Of a stretch of DNA of 64,000 bases, positions 47,102 through 55,943 are shown one piece after another. The position numbers and the translations under genes were made by a program. Position 1 is the first letter of the stretch. Every line of letters starts with the position of its first letter. The notes beneath the pieces are model-generated. The model ran no database searches and was not told the DNA's origin. It saw only the letters and a program-made list of their open reading frames with translations. The DNA comes from an uncultured Solirubrobacteraceae bacterium (GTDB lineage: Bacteria; Actinomycetota; Thermoleophilia; Solirubrobacterales; Solirubrobacteraceae): positions 10,619 through 74,618 of the forward strand of contig CAVXYO010000001.1 of assembly GCA_963766105.1 (NCBI GenBank), given 5' to 3'.

Positions 47102-47224
47102 GGCGTCCTCTCTGCTTCGGAAGTAGATGCACTAACAGTGTAGCTTCTAAATCCAAAGCAATCCTCACCGATGAATTCGCCGCGCGCAGGCCGTCGTAAG
47201 GGGCATCGCTACGCTAAGCCACCG

Positions 47225-48199
47225 ATGAACAGCCAAGCTCCCGCCATCGAGGTCGAGCAGCTGGTGCGCGAGTTCCGCAAGGGGCCACGTGCCGTCGACG
47301 GCATCGACCTCGCCGTCTCGCCGGGCGAGATCTACGGATTTCTCGGCCCCAACGGCGCCGGCAAGTCGACGACCGTGCTGATGCTCACCACGCTTTTGCC
47401 GCCCACGAGCGGGCGCGCGACGGTCGGCGGCTATGACATCGTGCGCGACGGCGCGCACGTGCGCGCGTCGATCGGCGCAGCGCTGCAGGAGGCCGCACTG
47501 GACGCGATCCTCACCGCGCGCGAGCACCTGATGCTGCAGGCCACGCTGCAGGGCATGCCCAAGGCAGAACGCTCCAAACGTGCGCAGGAGCTGCTCGAGC
47601 GCGTCGGCCTGACCGAAGCCGCCGACCGGCGCGTCGGCGGGTACTCGGGGGGCATGAAGCGCCGCCTGGACCTCGCGCTGGCGCTCGTGCACCGCCCGCG
47701 CATCCTGTTCCTCGACGAGCCGACGACGGGGCTGGACCTGCAGAGCCGCAGTGCGCTGTGGGAGGAGGTCGCGCGCCTGGCGCGCGACGAGGGCATGACG
47801 GTCTTCCTGACGACGCAGTACCTCGAGGAGGCCGATGCGCTGGCCGACCGCGTGGGCATCATCGATCACGGCAAGATCGTCGCCGAGGGGACGCCCGAGC
47901 AGCTCAAGGGGGAGATCGGCAGCCCGAGCGTGGAGGTCGTGCCCGACGACCCGAGCACCGGCGATGCGCTCGCCGAGCAGCTCAAGCGCTTCGGCGAGGT
48001 CGCGCGCGACGGAGGCAGCGCGGTCAGCGTGCAGCTGCCCGACGGCGCGCTGGCGCTCGCCGAGATCGTGCGCGTGCTCGATCAGGCCAGCATCAAGGTC
48101 GCGTCGCTGCAGCTGCACCAGCCGTCGCTCGACGACGTCTTCATCGCCAAGACCGGCCGCAAGCTCGAGGGCGCCGGCGACGCCGCCGATGAGCAGTAG
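47225..48199 (+). CDS. ABC exporter ATP-binding subunit (DrrA-like)
   Basis: GPNGAGKST, YSGGMKRRLDLA, FLDEPTTGLD, LTTQYLEEAD. Confidence 0.95.
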   Translation: MNSQAPAIEVEQLVREFRKGPRAVDGIDLAVSPGEIYGFLGPNGAGKSTTVLMLTTLLPPTSGRATVGGYDIVRDGAHVRASIGAALQEAALDAILTAREHLMLQATLQGMPKAERSKRAQELLERVGLTEAADRRVGGYSGGMKRRLDLALALVHRPRILFLDEPTTGLDLQSRSALWEEVARLARDEGMTVFLTTQYLEEADALADRVGIIDHGKIVAEGTPEQLKGEIGSPSVEVVPDDPSTGDALAEQLKRFGEVARDGGSAVSVQLPDGALALAEIVRVLDQASIKVASLQLHQPSLDDVFIAKTGRKLEGAGDAADEQ

Positions 48200-49028
48200 C
48201 CGACTGACGCCGGCCGCCGCCGCAGCGGGCGGCGCAGGCCTCGCACTGGCGGCGCCGAGCCTGGTCGAGCAGATCGGCGCGATCGCGCGGCGCTCGGTCG
48301 TGCGCACGTTTCGCCAGCGTGCGCTGCTGGCCTTCCCGCTGATCTTCCCGCTGATCTTGTTCGCGATCAACGGCAGCTCGCTCAGCGCCGCGCGCAAAAT
48401 CCCCGGCTTTCCCGACGTCAGCTATCGCGACTTCGCGCTCGCCGTGCCGTTCATCCAAGGCGCGCTGTTCGTCGCCGTAAGCACCGGCACCGACCTCGCG
48501 CGCGACATCCAGTCGGGCTTCTTCGACCGCCTCGCGCTGACGCCGCTGCGCGGGTCGGCGCTGCTCGCCGGGCAGCTCGGCGGCGCGGTCGTCGTGGCCT
48601 GCGTACAGTCGCTGGTCTACCTCGGCGTCGGCCTGGCCACGGGCGTCGGCATCGCCAGCGGCTTCGGCGGCGCGCTCGTGCTGCTGGCGCTGTCGATCCT
48701 GATCTCCTTCGGCTTCGCCGGCCTCGGCGCGCTGCTGGCGCTGCGCCTCGGCTCGGGCGAAGCCGTGCAGGGCTTCTTCCCGCTGCTGTTCGTGACCGTC
48801 TTCCTCAGCTCCTCCAGCCTGCCGCGCAACCTGATCAAGGCCGACTGGTTTCGCGAGGTCGCCACCTACAACCCCGTCTCCTATCTGATCGAGGGCATCC
48901 GCAGCCTGATCATCACCGGCTGGGACGGCAAAGCGCTGGCGCTCGGCTTCGGCTTCGCGCTGGCGCTCAGCGTGCTCACGCTCGGCTTGGCCGGCGCCGC
49001 GATGAAGAACCGGCTGGTGCGCACGTGA
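48189..49028 (+). CDS. ABC-2 type permease
   Basis: DIQSGFFDRL, NPVSY, six TMs. Confidence 0.9.
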   Translation: MSSSRLTPAAAAAGGAGLALAAPSLVEQIGAIARRSVVRTFRQRALLAFPLIFPLILFAINGSSLSAARKIPGFPDVSYRDFALAVPFIQGALFVAVSTGTDLARDIQSGFFDRLALTPLRGSALLAGQLGGAVVVACVQSLVYLGVGLATGVGIASGFGGALVLLALSILISFGFAGLGALLALRLGSGEAVQGFFPLLFVTVFLSSSSLPRNLIKADWFREVATYNPVSYLIEGIRSLIITGWDGKALALGFGFALALSVLTLGLAGAAMKNRLVRT

Positions 49029-49795
49029 GGCGCTTCTACTACGTCGCGCGCGGGGTCGCCTGGCGCTCGGTGCACAACACGGTCGTCAACCCGGCGATCC
49101 TGCTTCCCTCGCTGATCTTCCCGCTGTTCTTCCTGGCCGCGTTCGCCGGCGGGCTGTCGCGCATCTCAGACGTGCCCAACTTCAACTACGCGCCCGGTTA
49201 CACGGCCTTCCAGTACGCCTTCGTGTTCCTGCAGTCGGCGGCCTTCGGCGGCGTGTTCACGGGCTTTGCCGTCGCGCGCGACTTCGACTCCGGCTTTGCC
49301 CGGCGGCTGCTGCTGTGCGCGCCGCAGCGCAGCGGCATCATCGCCGGCTACGCGCTCGGCGCTCTCGGGCGCTGGCTGATCACCGCGAGCGTGATCACCG
49401 TCGCCGCGCTGATCGCCGGCATGGATGTCGCCGGCAACGGCGTCGAACTGGTCGGCCTGGTCGGGCTGGGCGTGATGATGAACCTCGCCGCCGCGCTGTG
49501 GGCCTGCGGCGTGGCGATGTTCCTGCGCACCGAACAGGCCGGCGCGCTGATCCAGATGCCCGTCTTCATCGTGCTGTTCCTCGCGCCCGTCTACGTCCCG
49601 CTGAGCCTGCTCACGGGCTGGATCCACGCGGTGGCCCGCTACAACCCCGCGACCGTCGCGCTGGAGGCCGCGCGCGGGCTGATCGCCGGATCGCCGGTCA
49701 AACTGCTGCTGGCCTTCGCGGTGCTCGCCGCGGGCGCGGCCGTGATGTCGCTGTGGGCGCGGCGCGGGCTGGCCTCCGCCGAGCGCGCGGGGTAG
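49025..49795 (+). CDS. ABC-2 type permease
   Basis: DFDSGFARRL, LAPVYVP..LL.GWIHAVARYNP. Confidence 0.9.
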   Translation: MRRFYYVARGVAWRSVHNTVVNPAILLPSLIFPLFFLAAFAGGLSRISDVPNFNYAPGYTAFQYAFVFLQSAAFGGVFTGFAVARDFDSGFARRLLLCAPQRSGIIAGYALGALGRWLITASVITVAALIAGMDVAGNGVELVGLVGLGVMMNLAAALWACGVAMFLRTEQAGALIQMPVFIVLFLAPVYVPLSLLTGWIHAVARYNPATVALEAARGLIAGSPVKLLLAFAVLAAGAAVMSLWARRGLASAERAG

Positions 49796-49810
49796 TCGCC
49801 GGCCTCGCGC

Positions 49811-50254
49811 TCAGGCGTCCGAGCCGGCGAGCTTGCGCAGCAGCGCGTGCAGCGTCTTTCGCTCCTCGGTCGTCAGCGCCGCGAAGAACTCCCGCTGCAG
49901 GCCGCCGGCGAGCGTGCGGATGCGCTGCAGCGTCTGCTCGCCGGGCTCGGTGAGAAAGACCTGGCGCGCGCGCCGGTCGGCCGGGTGCAGGCGGCGCTCG
50001 GCGAGACCGCGCGCTTCGAGCTCGTCGATCACGGCGACCATCGAGCTGGGATCGATCGCCGTCTTCTCGTGCAGCTGCTGCTGGCTCATCCCCGGGTGGG
50101 CTGAGAGCACCGTCATCACGCCGAAGTGCCGCGGGTGCAGCCCCTCGGGCTCGAGCGCCTTGTGAAAGCGCCGTCGCGAGGCCTCGCCGAGCCGCGCCAT
50201 CAGGTAGCCCGGAAACTCGCCCAGCTCACCCGGTATCGGCCCTCCGTCCCACAT
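49811..50254 (-). CDS. MarR family transcriptional regulator
   Basis: GMSQQQL......IDPSSMVAVIDELEARGL.ER...PADRRA..V.LT. ATG 50254 is 7 nt after -10 TAGAAT (leaderless). Confidence 0.93.
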   Translation of the reverse strand: MWDGGPIPGELGEFPGYLMARLGEASRRRFHKALEPEGLHPRHFGVMTVLSAHPGMSQQQLHEKTAIDPSSMVAVIDELEARGLAERRLHPADRRARQVFLTEPGEQTLQRIRTLAGGLQREFFAALTTEERKTLHALLRKLAGSDA

Positions 50255-50384
50255 GGCGAGCATTCTACGCGGCCAACATTATTTGTGATAAAAATTATTT
50301 AGAAGTCAAACGAACGAGCGATGAGTTCGGCATCGGCAGCTCGTCTCAGGGGTGGAAGCACAAGCGACCGAAGGAGACGCACGC

Positions 50385-52535
50385 ATGGCATCGTTGACAC
50401 GCTGGGTCCTGGCGCACAAGCGCATCGTCGTCGTCTTCTGGGTGCTGCTGACGCTCGTCGGGATCGCCTCGGCCGGGTCCTCCACGAAAGCGCTCAAACA
50501 GAAATTCTCCGTGCCCGGCAAGGAAGGCTGGGTGACCAACGAGCAGATCGCGCACCGCTTCCACAACACCGGCGGCGACACCTCGCCGCTGGTCCCCGTC
50601 GTCACGCTGCCGGCCGGCAAGACGGTCTCCTCGCCGGGCGTCAAGCAGGAACTCGCCGCGCTGGAAGGACGCGTCGCAAAGGCGCTGCCGGGCGCGCGCG
50701 TCGCCGGCTACGCCGCGACGGGCAGCGACGCGCTCGTCTCCAAGGACCGGCGCACGACGTTCATCCTCGCCTACCCGACCGCGGACCTCAAAGAATCCTT
50801 CGGCAACAACCCCGATGCCGCCCGCCACGCGACGGCGGCGCTGAAGGGCGCGACGATCGCCGGCGCGCCCGTGCACGTGACCGGCTACGACGCGCTGTCG
50901 GTGCAGAGCGGCGGCGACAGCGGCCCCGGCGTGCTGCTCGAGGCGCTGCTCGGCGGCTTCGGCGCGCTGCTCGTGCTCGCCTTCGTGTTCGCCTCGTTTT
51001 TGGCGATCGTGCCGCTGATGATGGCCGTCGTCTCGATCATGACGACGTTCCTGCTCGTCTGGGGGCTGACGACGATCACCGAAGTCTCGCCGATCGTGCA
51101 GTTCCTGATCGCGCTGATCGGCCTGGGCGTGTCGATCGACTACGCGCTGATCGTCGTCGTGCGCTGGCGCGAGGAGCGCGCCCACGGCCTGCAGGGCGAT
51201 GAAGCGATCCAGCGCGCGATGGAGACGGCCGGCCGCGCCGTCGTGTTCAGCGGCACGACCGTCGCGATCGGGCTGCTCGCGCTCGTCGCGCTGCCGCTGC
51301 CGTTCCTGCGCTCGGTCGGCTATGGCGGCATGCTGATCCCGCTCGTCAGCGTGATCGTCGCCACGACCCTGCTGCCCGTCGTGCTCGCCAAGCTCGGTCC
51401 GCGCCTGGACTGGCCGCACATTCGCGACGACGACAAGGCGAGCCGTGCCTGGACGTCATGGGCCAATGCGATCGTGCGACGCCGCTGGTTCGCCGCCGGC
51501 GGCGCCGTGCTGATCCTCGCCGCGCTCGTGCTCGCAGCGGGCAGCCTCCAGCTCGGCCTTTCCAATCTCAACGCGGTCGCCCGGGAGGGAGACGCCAAGC
51601 AGGGACTCGTCGCGCTGGAGCGCGCGGGCATCGGCTCCGGGGCGCTGCTCCCGCACGAGGTGCTCGTGGAAGGCTCCAACTCACCCGATGCGGTCGCTCG
51701 CTCGCTCGCCGGCGTCGCCGGCATCCATGGCGCGGTCGCGCCGGCTTCCGCCTCCTGGCGCCGGCCGGGCGCCGCCGTGGTCGACGCGCTCGCCGTCGCC
51801 GACGGCTCCTCGGCCGCCGGGCGCGACACGCTCGACCGCGTGCGCGGGGTCGTGCGCGCCGACGGGCCCGACGTGCGCCTCGGCGGTCTCGCCGCGCAGA
51901 ACCACGACTTCATCGAAGCCGTGTACGGCAACTTCCCGCTGATGATCGCGCTGATCACGCTGATCACGTTCGTCCTGCTCGCCCGCGCGTTCCGTTCGCT
52001 GCTGCTGCCGCTGAAGGCGGTCGTGCTCAACGTGATCTCCGTCGGCGCGGCATGGGGCGTGCTGGACCTCGTGTGGCAGCGCGGGCACGGCTCGGATCTG
52101 ATCTGGGGCATCTCCGCGACCGGTTCTGTGACCGCGTGGATCCCGTTGATGGTGTTCGCCTTCCTGTTCGGCCTGTCGATGGATTACGAGGTGTTCATCC
52201 TCGCGCGCATGCGCGAGGAGTTCGACGCGACCGGCTCGACCGACACGGCGGTCGTGCGCGGGATCGGGCGCACCGGCCGGCTCGTCACGAGCGCCGCGCT
52301 GATCCTGTTCCTCGCGTTCGTCTCGCTCGCCTCGGGCCCGGAAACGGAAGTCAAAGTCCTCGCGACCGGCCTGGCGGCGGGAATCCTGCTCGACGCGACC
52401 GTGATCCGCGCGCTGCTCGTGCCGGCCGTCGTGTCGCTGTTCGGCCGCTGGAACTGGTGGCTGCCGCGACTGCCCGCGCGGCTGCTGCGCGTCGAGCCGT
52501 CGCTGCCGCCGCGCTCGCAGCCGCGCGAGGTCTGA
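50385..52535 (+). CDS. MMPL family (RND) transporter
   Basis: AAGGAG RBS. GLGVSIDYAL...RWREE, TAGRAV.FSG.T, FGLSMDYEVF..ARMREE, TGRLVTSAA, DAT.IR..LVPA. Confidence 0.95.
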   Translation: MASLTRWVLAHKRIVVVFWVLLTLVGIASAGSSTKALKQKFSVPGKEGWVTNEQIAHRFHNTGGDTSPLVPVVTLPAGKTVSSPGVKQELAALEGRVAKALPGARVAGYAATGSDALVSKDRRTTFILAYPTADLKESFGNNPDAARHATAALKGATIAGAPVHVTGYDALSVQSGGDSGPGVLLEALLGGFGALLVLAFVFASFLAIVPLMMAVVSIMTTFLLVWGLTTITEVSPIVQFLIALIGLGVSIDYALIVVVRWREERAHGLQGDEAIQRAMETAGRAVVFSGTTVAIGLLALVALPLPFLRSVGYGGMLIPLVSVIVATTLLPVVLAKLGPRLDWPHIRDDDKASRAWTSWANAIVRRRWFAAGGAVLILAALVLAAGSLQLGLSNLNAVAREGDAKQGLVALERAGIGSGALLPHEVLVEGSNSPDAVARSLAGVAGIHGAVAPASASWRRPGAAVVDALAVADGSSAAGRDTLDRVRGVVRADGPDVRLGGLAAQNHDFIEAVYGNFPLMIALITLITFVLLARAFRSLLLPLKAVVLNVISVGAAWGVLDLVWQRGHGSDLIWGISATGSVTAWIPLMVFAFLFGLSMDYEVFILARMREEFDATGSTDTAVVRGIGRTGRLVTSAALILFLAFVSLASGPETEVKVLATGLAAGILLDATVIRALLVPAVVSLFGRWNWWLPRLPARLLRVEPSLPPRSQPREV

Positions 52536-52577
52536 GAGGTCACGCGTCACGCGGGCTCGGGCGGCGCCCGGGCTCGC

Positions 52578-53174
52578 TCACGCGCCGGCCGGAACCTCGC
52601 GCAGGATCATCCCGAGCACCTCGTCGCGGATCTGCTCTCCGCTGAGGGCGGTCTCGGACGTCAGCGCGCGGATCGCCAGGCCGTTGAGCAGCGCGTCCAG
52701 GCGCCAGCTCCACGGGATCTCGCCCTCGCGCTGGGGCGGCGTCAGGCCCTCCAGTGCGTGATCGAGCAGCGAGTACCAGCTGGTCAGGCGCGCCTCGATC
52801 GTGTGGCGCAGCTCGGGCAGGCGCACGGCCTCGCCGTAGGCGTTGATCCACACGCGCCACGTCTCGCCCGCCTCGTCGTCCTCGCCGTCGGCGAGCATGC
52901 TGTCGAGCAGCGCGACGATCCGCTCGCGGCCCGCAGGGATGCCGTCGAGCGCCTGCACCATCCTCGCGTGCGCGCGCTCGGAGACGAACGTCAGCGCGTG
53001 CATCAGCAGGTCCTGACGGTTTGCGAAGTAGTGGTTGAGCATGCCCGTACTCACGCCCGCCTCTTCGGCGACCGTGCGCATCGTCGTCCCTGAGAAACCC
53101 TCCCGCGCGATCACCGCCGTCGCCGCTCGGCAGATCTGCTCGCGTCGTATAGGCCCCATCCCAAGCTTAGGCAC
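52578..53174 (-). CDS. TetR family regulator (BetI-like C-terminal domain)
   Basis: RREQICRAA..VIAREG..GTT.R.VAEEAGVSTGMLNHYF. Confidence 0.9.
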   Translation of the reverse strand: MPKLGMGPIRREQICRAATAVIAREGFSGTTMRTVAEEAGVSTGMLNHYFANRQDLLMHALTFVSERAHARMVQALDGIPAGRERIVALLDSMLADGEDDEAGETWRVWINAYGEAVRLPELRHTIEARLTSWYSLLDHALEGLTPPQREGEIPWSWRLDALLNGLAIRALTSETALSGEQIRDEVLGMILREVPAGA

Positions 53175-53284
53175 AGCCGCCGAATCGTCGCACATCGGCC
53201 GCGCAATTCGCAACGACAGAATCGCAGCCGTTGATGTCAACCGCCGCGACCGGATAACATCCCATCTAGTCGGCTGATTTGACT

Positions 53285-53911
53285 ATGAACGGGTGGGAGA
53301 CAAGCAGCGCCGGAGTCGGCGCGGCGCGCGGCGCCGCCCGACCGATCGCGCGAAATCTACGCCGCTGGCGCAGCGCGCGAGAAATGACCCTGTCGGCGCT
53401 GGCCGAGCAGGCCGGTGTCGCGAAGTCAACCGTCTCGCTGATCGAGCACGGCCGCGGCAACCCCTCGATCGACACTGTCGGCGCGCTCGCCGAGGCCCTC
53501 GGTGTCCCGTTCGCGAGCCTGCTGCACGACGAGGCGCCCGCCGAGAGCATGTCGCTCGTGCGCGAGAGCGAAAGCCCGGTGATCGCAGTCGACGCGGCGG
53601 GCGTCGAGGGCGAGGGGCTGGTCGCGCGCCACCTGCTCACGCGCACCGGCGGCGCGCTGATCGAGATCTACACGCTCGTGCTGGCGCACGGCGCTGTGCG
53701 TCACGCCGAGCCGCACGTGACCGGCCTGTTCGAGCACGTCACCGTCGCCGAGGGCAAGGTGCGCATCGCCACCGACTCGTTCAGCGAGGTGCTCGAGCGT
53801 GGCGACCTGATCAGCTTCCGCGCCGACCGCCCGCACAGCTATCGCGCGATCGAAGGCCCGGCCAGGCTGATCGCGGTGCACGAATACCCGCGCCGCGCAC
53901 CGGCCGACTGA
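53285..53911 (+). CDS. XRE-family HTH regulator with cupin domain
   Basis: NLRRWR.....TLSALAEQAGVAKST.SLIE.GRGNPSIDT, C-terminal cupin (EPH..G..EH, F.AD.PHSY). Confidence 0.9.
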   Translation: MNGWETSSAGVGAARGAARPIARNLRRWRSAREMTLSALAEQAGVAKSTVSLIEHGRGNPSIDTVGALAEALGVPFASLLHDEAPAESMSLVRESESPVIAVDAAGVEGEGLVARHLLTRTGGALIEIYTLVLAHGAVRHAEPHVTGLFEHVTVAEGKVRIATDSFSEVLERGDLISFRADRPHSYRAIEGPARLIAVHEYPRRAPAD

Positions 53912-53953
53912 CAGCGTCGGCACCGCCGCTGAGATCGGCCGTATCCTGCGGAC

Positions 53954-54871
53954 GTGCCCGAGCCATCGATGCCCTCCTCCGGCGACCCGCGCGAGCGCAA
54001 TCGCCCCGCCGCGCCCGGCGCGATCTCGCGCCTGCTGATCTCCTGCGCCGACCGCCCCGGCATCGTCGCCGCCAGCTCGCGCCTGCTGACCGACGTGGGG
54101 GCGAACATCGTGCGCTCCGATCAGCACACGACCGACCCGCGCGGCGGCACGTTCTTCATGCGCATGGAGTTCGACCTCGCGCTTGACCAGGCTGCGCGCG
54201 AGGAGCTGCAGCTGCGCTTCGCGCGGGAGGTCGCAGAGCCGCTGGACATGCAGTGGCGGATGTGGGACGCGGCGATCCCCAAGCGCGTGGCAATCCTCGT
54301 CTCGCGCCAGGATCACTGCCTGCTGGACCTGCTGTGGCGATGGCGGCGCGGGCAGCTGGAGATGGACGTCGGCGTCGTCGTCTCCAACCATCCCGACCTG
54401 CGCGAGGACGTCGAGTCCTTCGGCCTGCCCTACGTGCACATTCCCGTCGATGCCGCGAGCAAGCCCGAGGCAGAGCGGCGGCTGCTGGAGCTGCTCGTCG
54501 CCGAGCGCATCGACTTGGTCGTGCTCGCGCGCTACATGCAGATCCTCAGCAGCGATCTGCTCGACGCCCTGGCGGCCCCGGCGATCAACATCCATCACTC
54601 CTTCCTGCCCGCGTTCGCCGGCGCGAGCCCCTACGAACAGGCCAAGCAGCGTGGCGTGAAGCTGATCGGCGCGACCGCCCACTACGTGACCGAGGGCCTC
54701 GACGAGGGGCCGATCATCGAGCAGGACACCGTGCGCGTGACACACCGCGACGACATCGCCGCGCTGATGCGCCTGGGCGCCGACATCGAGCGCACGGTGC
54801 TCGCGCGCGCGGTGCAGTGGCACTGCGAAGACCGCGTGCTGCGCGCGGGCGCGACGACCGTGGTGTTCTGA
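53954..54871 (+). CDS. purU: Formyltetrahydrofolate deformylase
   Basis: ACT domain [55 protein letters not shown]. Leaderless -10 TATCCT. Confidence 0.96.
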   Translation: MPEPSMPSSGDPRERNRPAAPGAISRLLISCADRPGIVAASSRLLTDVGANIVRSDQHTTDPRGGTFFMRMEFDLALDQAAREELQLRFAREVAEPLDMQWRMWDAAIPKRVAILVSRQDHCLLDLLWRWRRGQLEMDVGVVVSNHPDLREDVESFGLPYVHIPVDAASKPEAERRLLELLVAERIDLVVLARYMQILSSDLLDALAAPAINIHHSFLPAFAGASPYEQAKQRGVKLIGATAHYVTEGLDEGPIIEQDTVRVTHRDDIAALMRLGADIERTVLARAVQWHCEDRVLRAGATTVVF

Positions 54872-54877
54872 GCGCGC

Positions 54878-55907
54878 ATGGCTGCCGACACCGGCCTGTA
54901 CTTCTCACACCCGTCCTCGCTGGAGCACGACCCGCGCCCGCTGATGCCCGGGCACCCGGACACGCCCGAGCGCCTGGAGGCGATCGAGCGCCTGCTCGGC
55001 GCGGAGGACTGGCTGGGCTGGCAGCGGCGCGCGGCACCGCCGGCGCCCGAGCGCCGGCTGGAGCTCGTGCACCGCCCGTCGCAGATCGCCCAGGTCAAGC
55101 GCCTGGCCGAGGGCGGCGGCGGAGCGGTCGACATGGACACGATGGTCGGCGAGGCCTCCTATCGCGCTGCGCTGCATGCCGCCGGCGGCGCCTGCGCGAT
55201 GGTCACGGCGCTGCTCGCCGGCGAGGCAAGGCTCGGCTTCTCCGCGATGCGCCCTCCCGGCCACCATGCAGAGCCGGCGCGCGCGATGGGCTTCTGCCTG
55301 TTCAACAGCGCGGCGATCGCCGCCGCGCTGGCGATCGCCGAGCTGGGCGCGGCACGCGTGCTGATCCTCGACTGGGACGTGCACCACGGCAACGGCACCG
55401 CGGCGGCGTTCGCCGAGCGCGCCGATGTGCTCTACGCGAGCATTCATCAGCAGGGCATCTACCCGGGCACCGGCGCGCTCTCGGACATCGGCTCCGGCGA
55501 GGGCGCCGGCTACACGCTCAACCTGCCCGTGCCCGGCGGCTCGCGCGAGGACGAATGGCTGTCGCTCGTCGAGCATGTCGTGCTGCCGGTCGGCCGCGCG
55601 TTCGACGCCGCAGCTCGTGCTGATCTCCGCAGGCTTCGATGCACACCGCGCCGACCCGCTCGCCGGCTGTGAGCTCGAGTCGCGCTCGTTCGGCGAGCTC
55701 GCGCGACACGTGCGCGCGTTCGCGCACGAGCTGGAGATACCGATTGGCGTGGTGCTCGAGGGCGGCTACGAACCCGTCGCGCTGGCAGAGTCGGTACGCG
55801 AGACGCTGCTGGCGCTCGGCGACGATCGCGCGCCGCGGCCGGTCTCCGCGCAGCCGGCGCCCACCGAGCGCGCGATCGAGCAGCTGCGCGGCCACTGGCC
55901 GCTGTAG
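54878..55907 (+). CDS. Histone deacetylase/AcuC-family Zn-dependent deacylase; apparent +1 frameshift at ~55607
   Basis: HPDTPERL, RPPGHHA, GFCLFN, DWDVHHGNGT, YPGTG. Continues in another frame as PQLVLISAGFDAH.ADPL and VLEGGY. Confidence 0.92.
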
Positions 55908-55943
55908 TTCTTGCGGCGGGCCGGGCCGCCCGCGGGACGTAGG

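Noticed and set aside
1852-55610. Programmed ribosomal frameshifting or true pseudogenes at the four broken genes
   Set aside because: There are no slippery heptamers or stimulatory structures, these families are not known to frameshift, and there is no other decay. Sequencing error is more parsimonious pending a read check.
55425-55907. Separate small gene downstream of the HDAC
   Set aside because: It encodes the HDAC C-terminal motifs (SAGFDAH, LEGGY) and is the frameshifted tail of the same gene.
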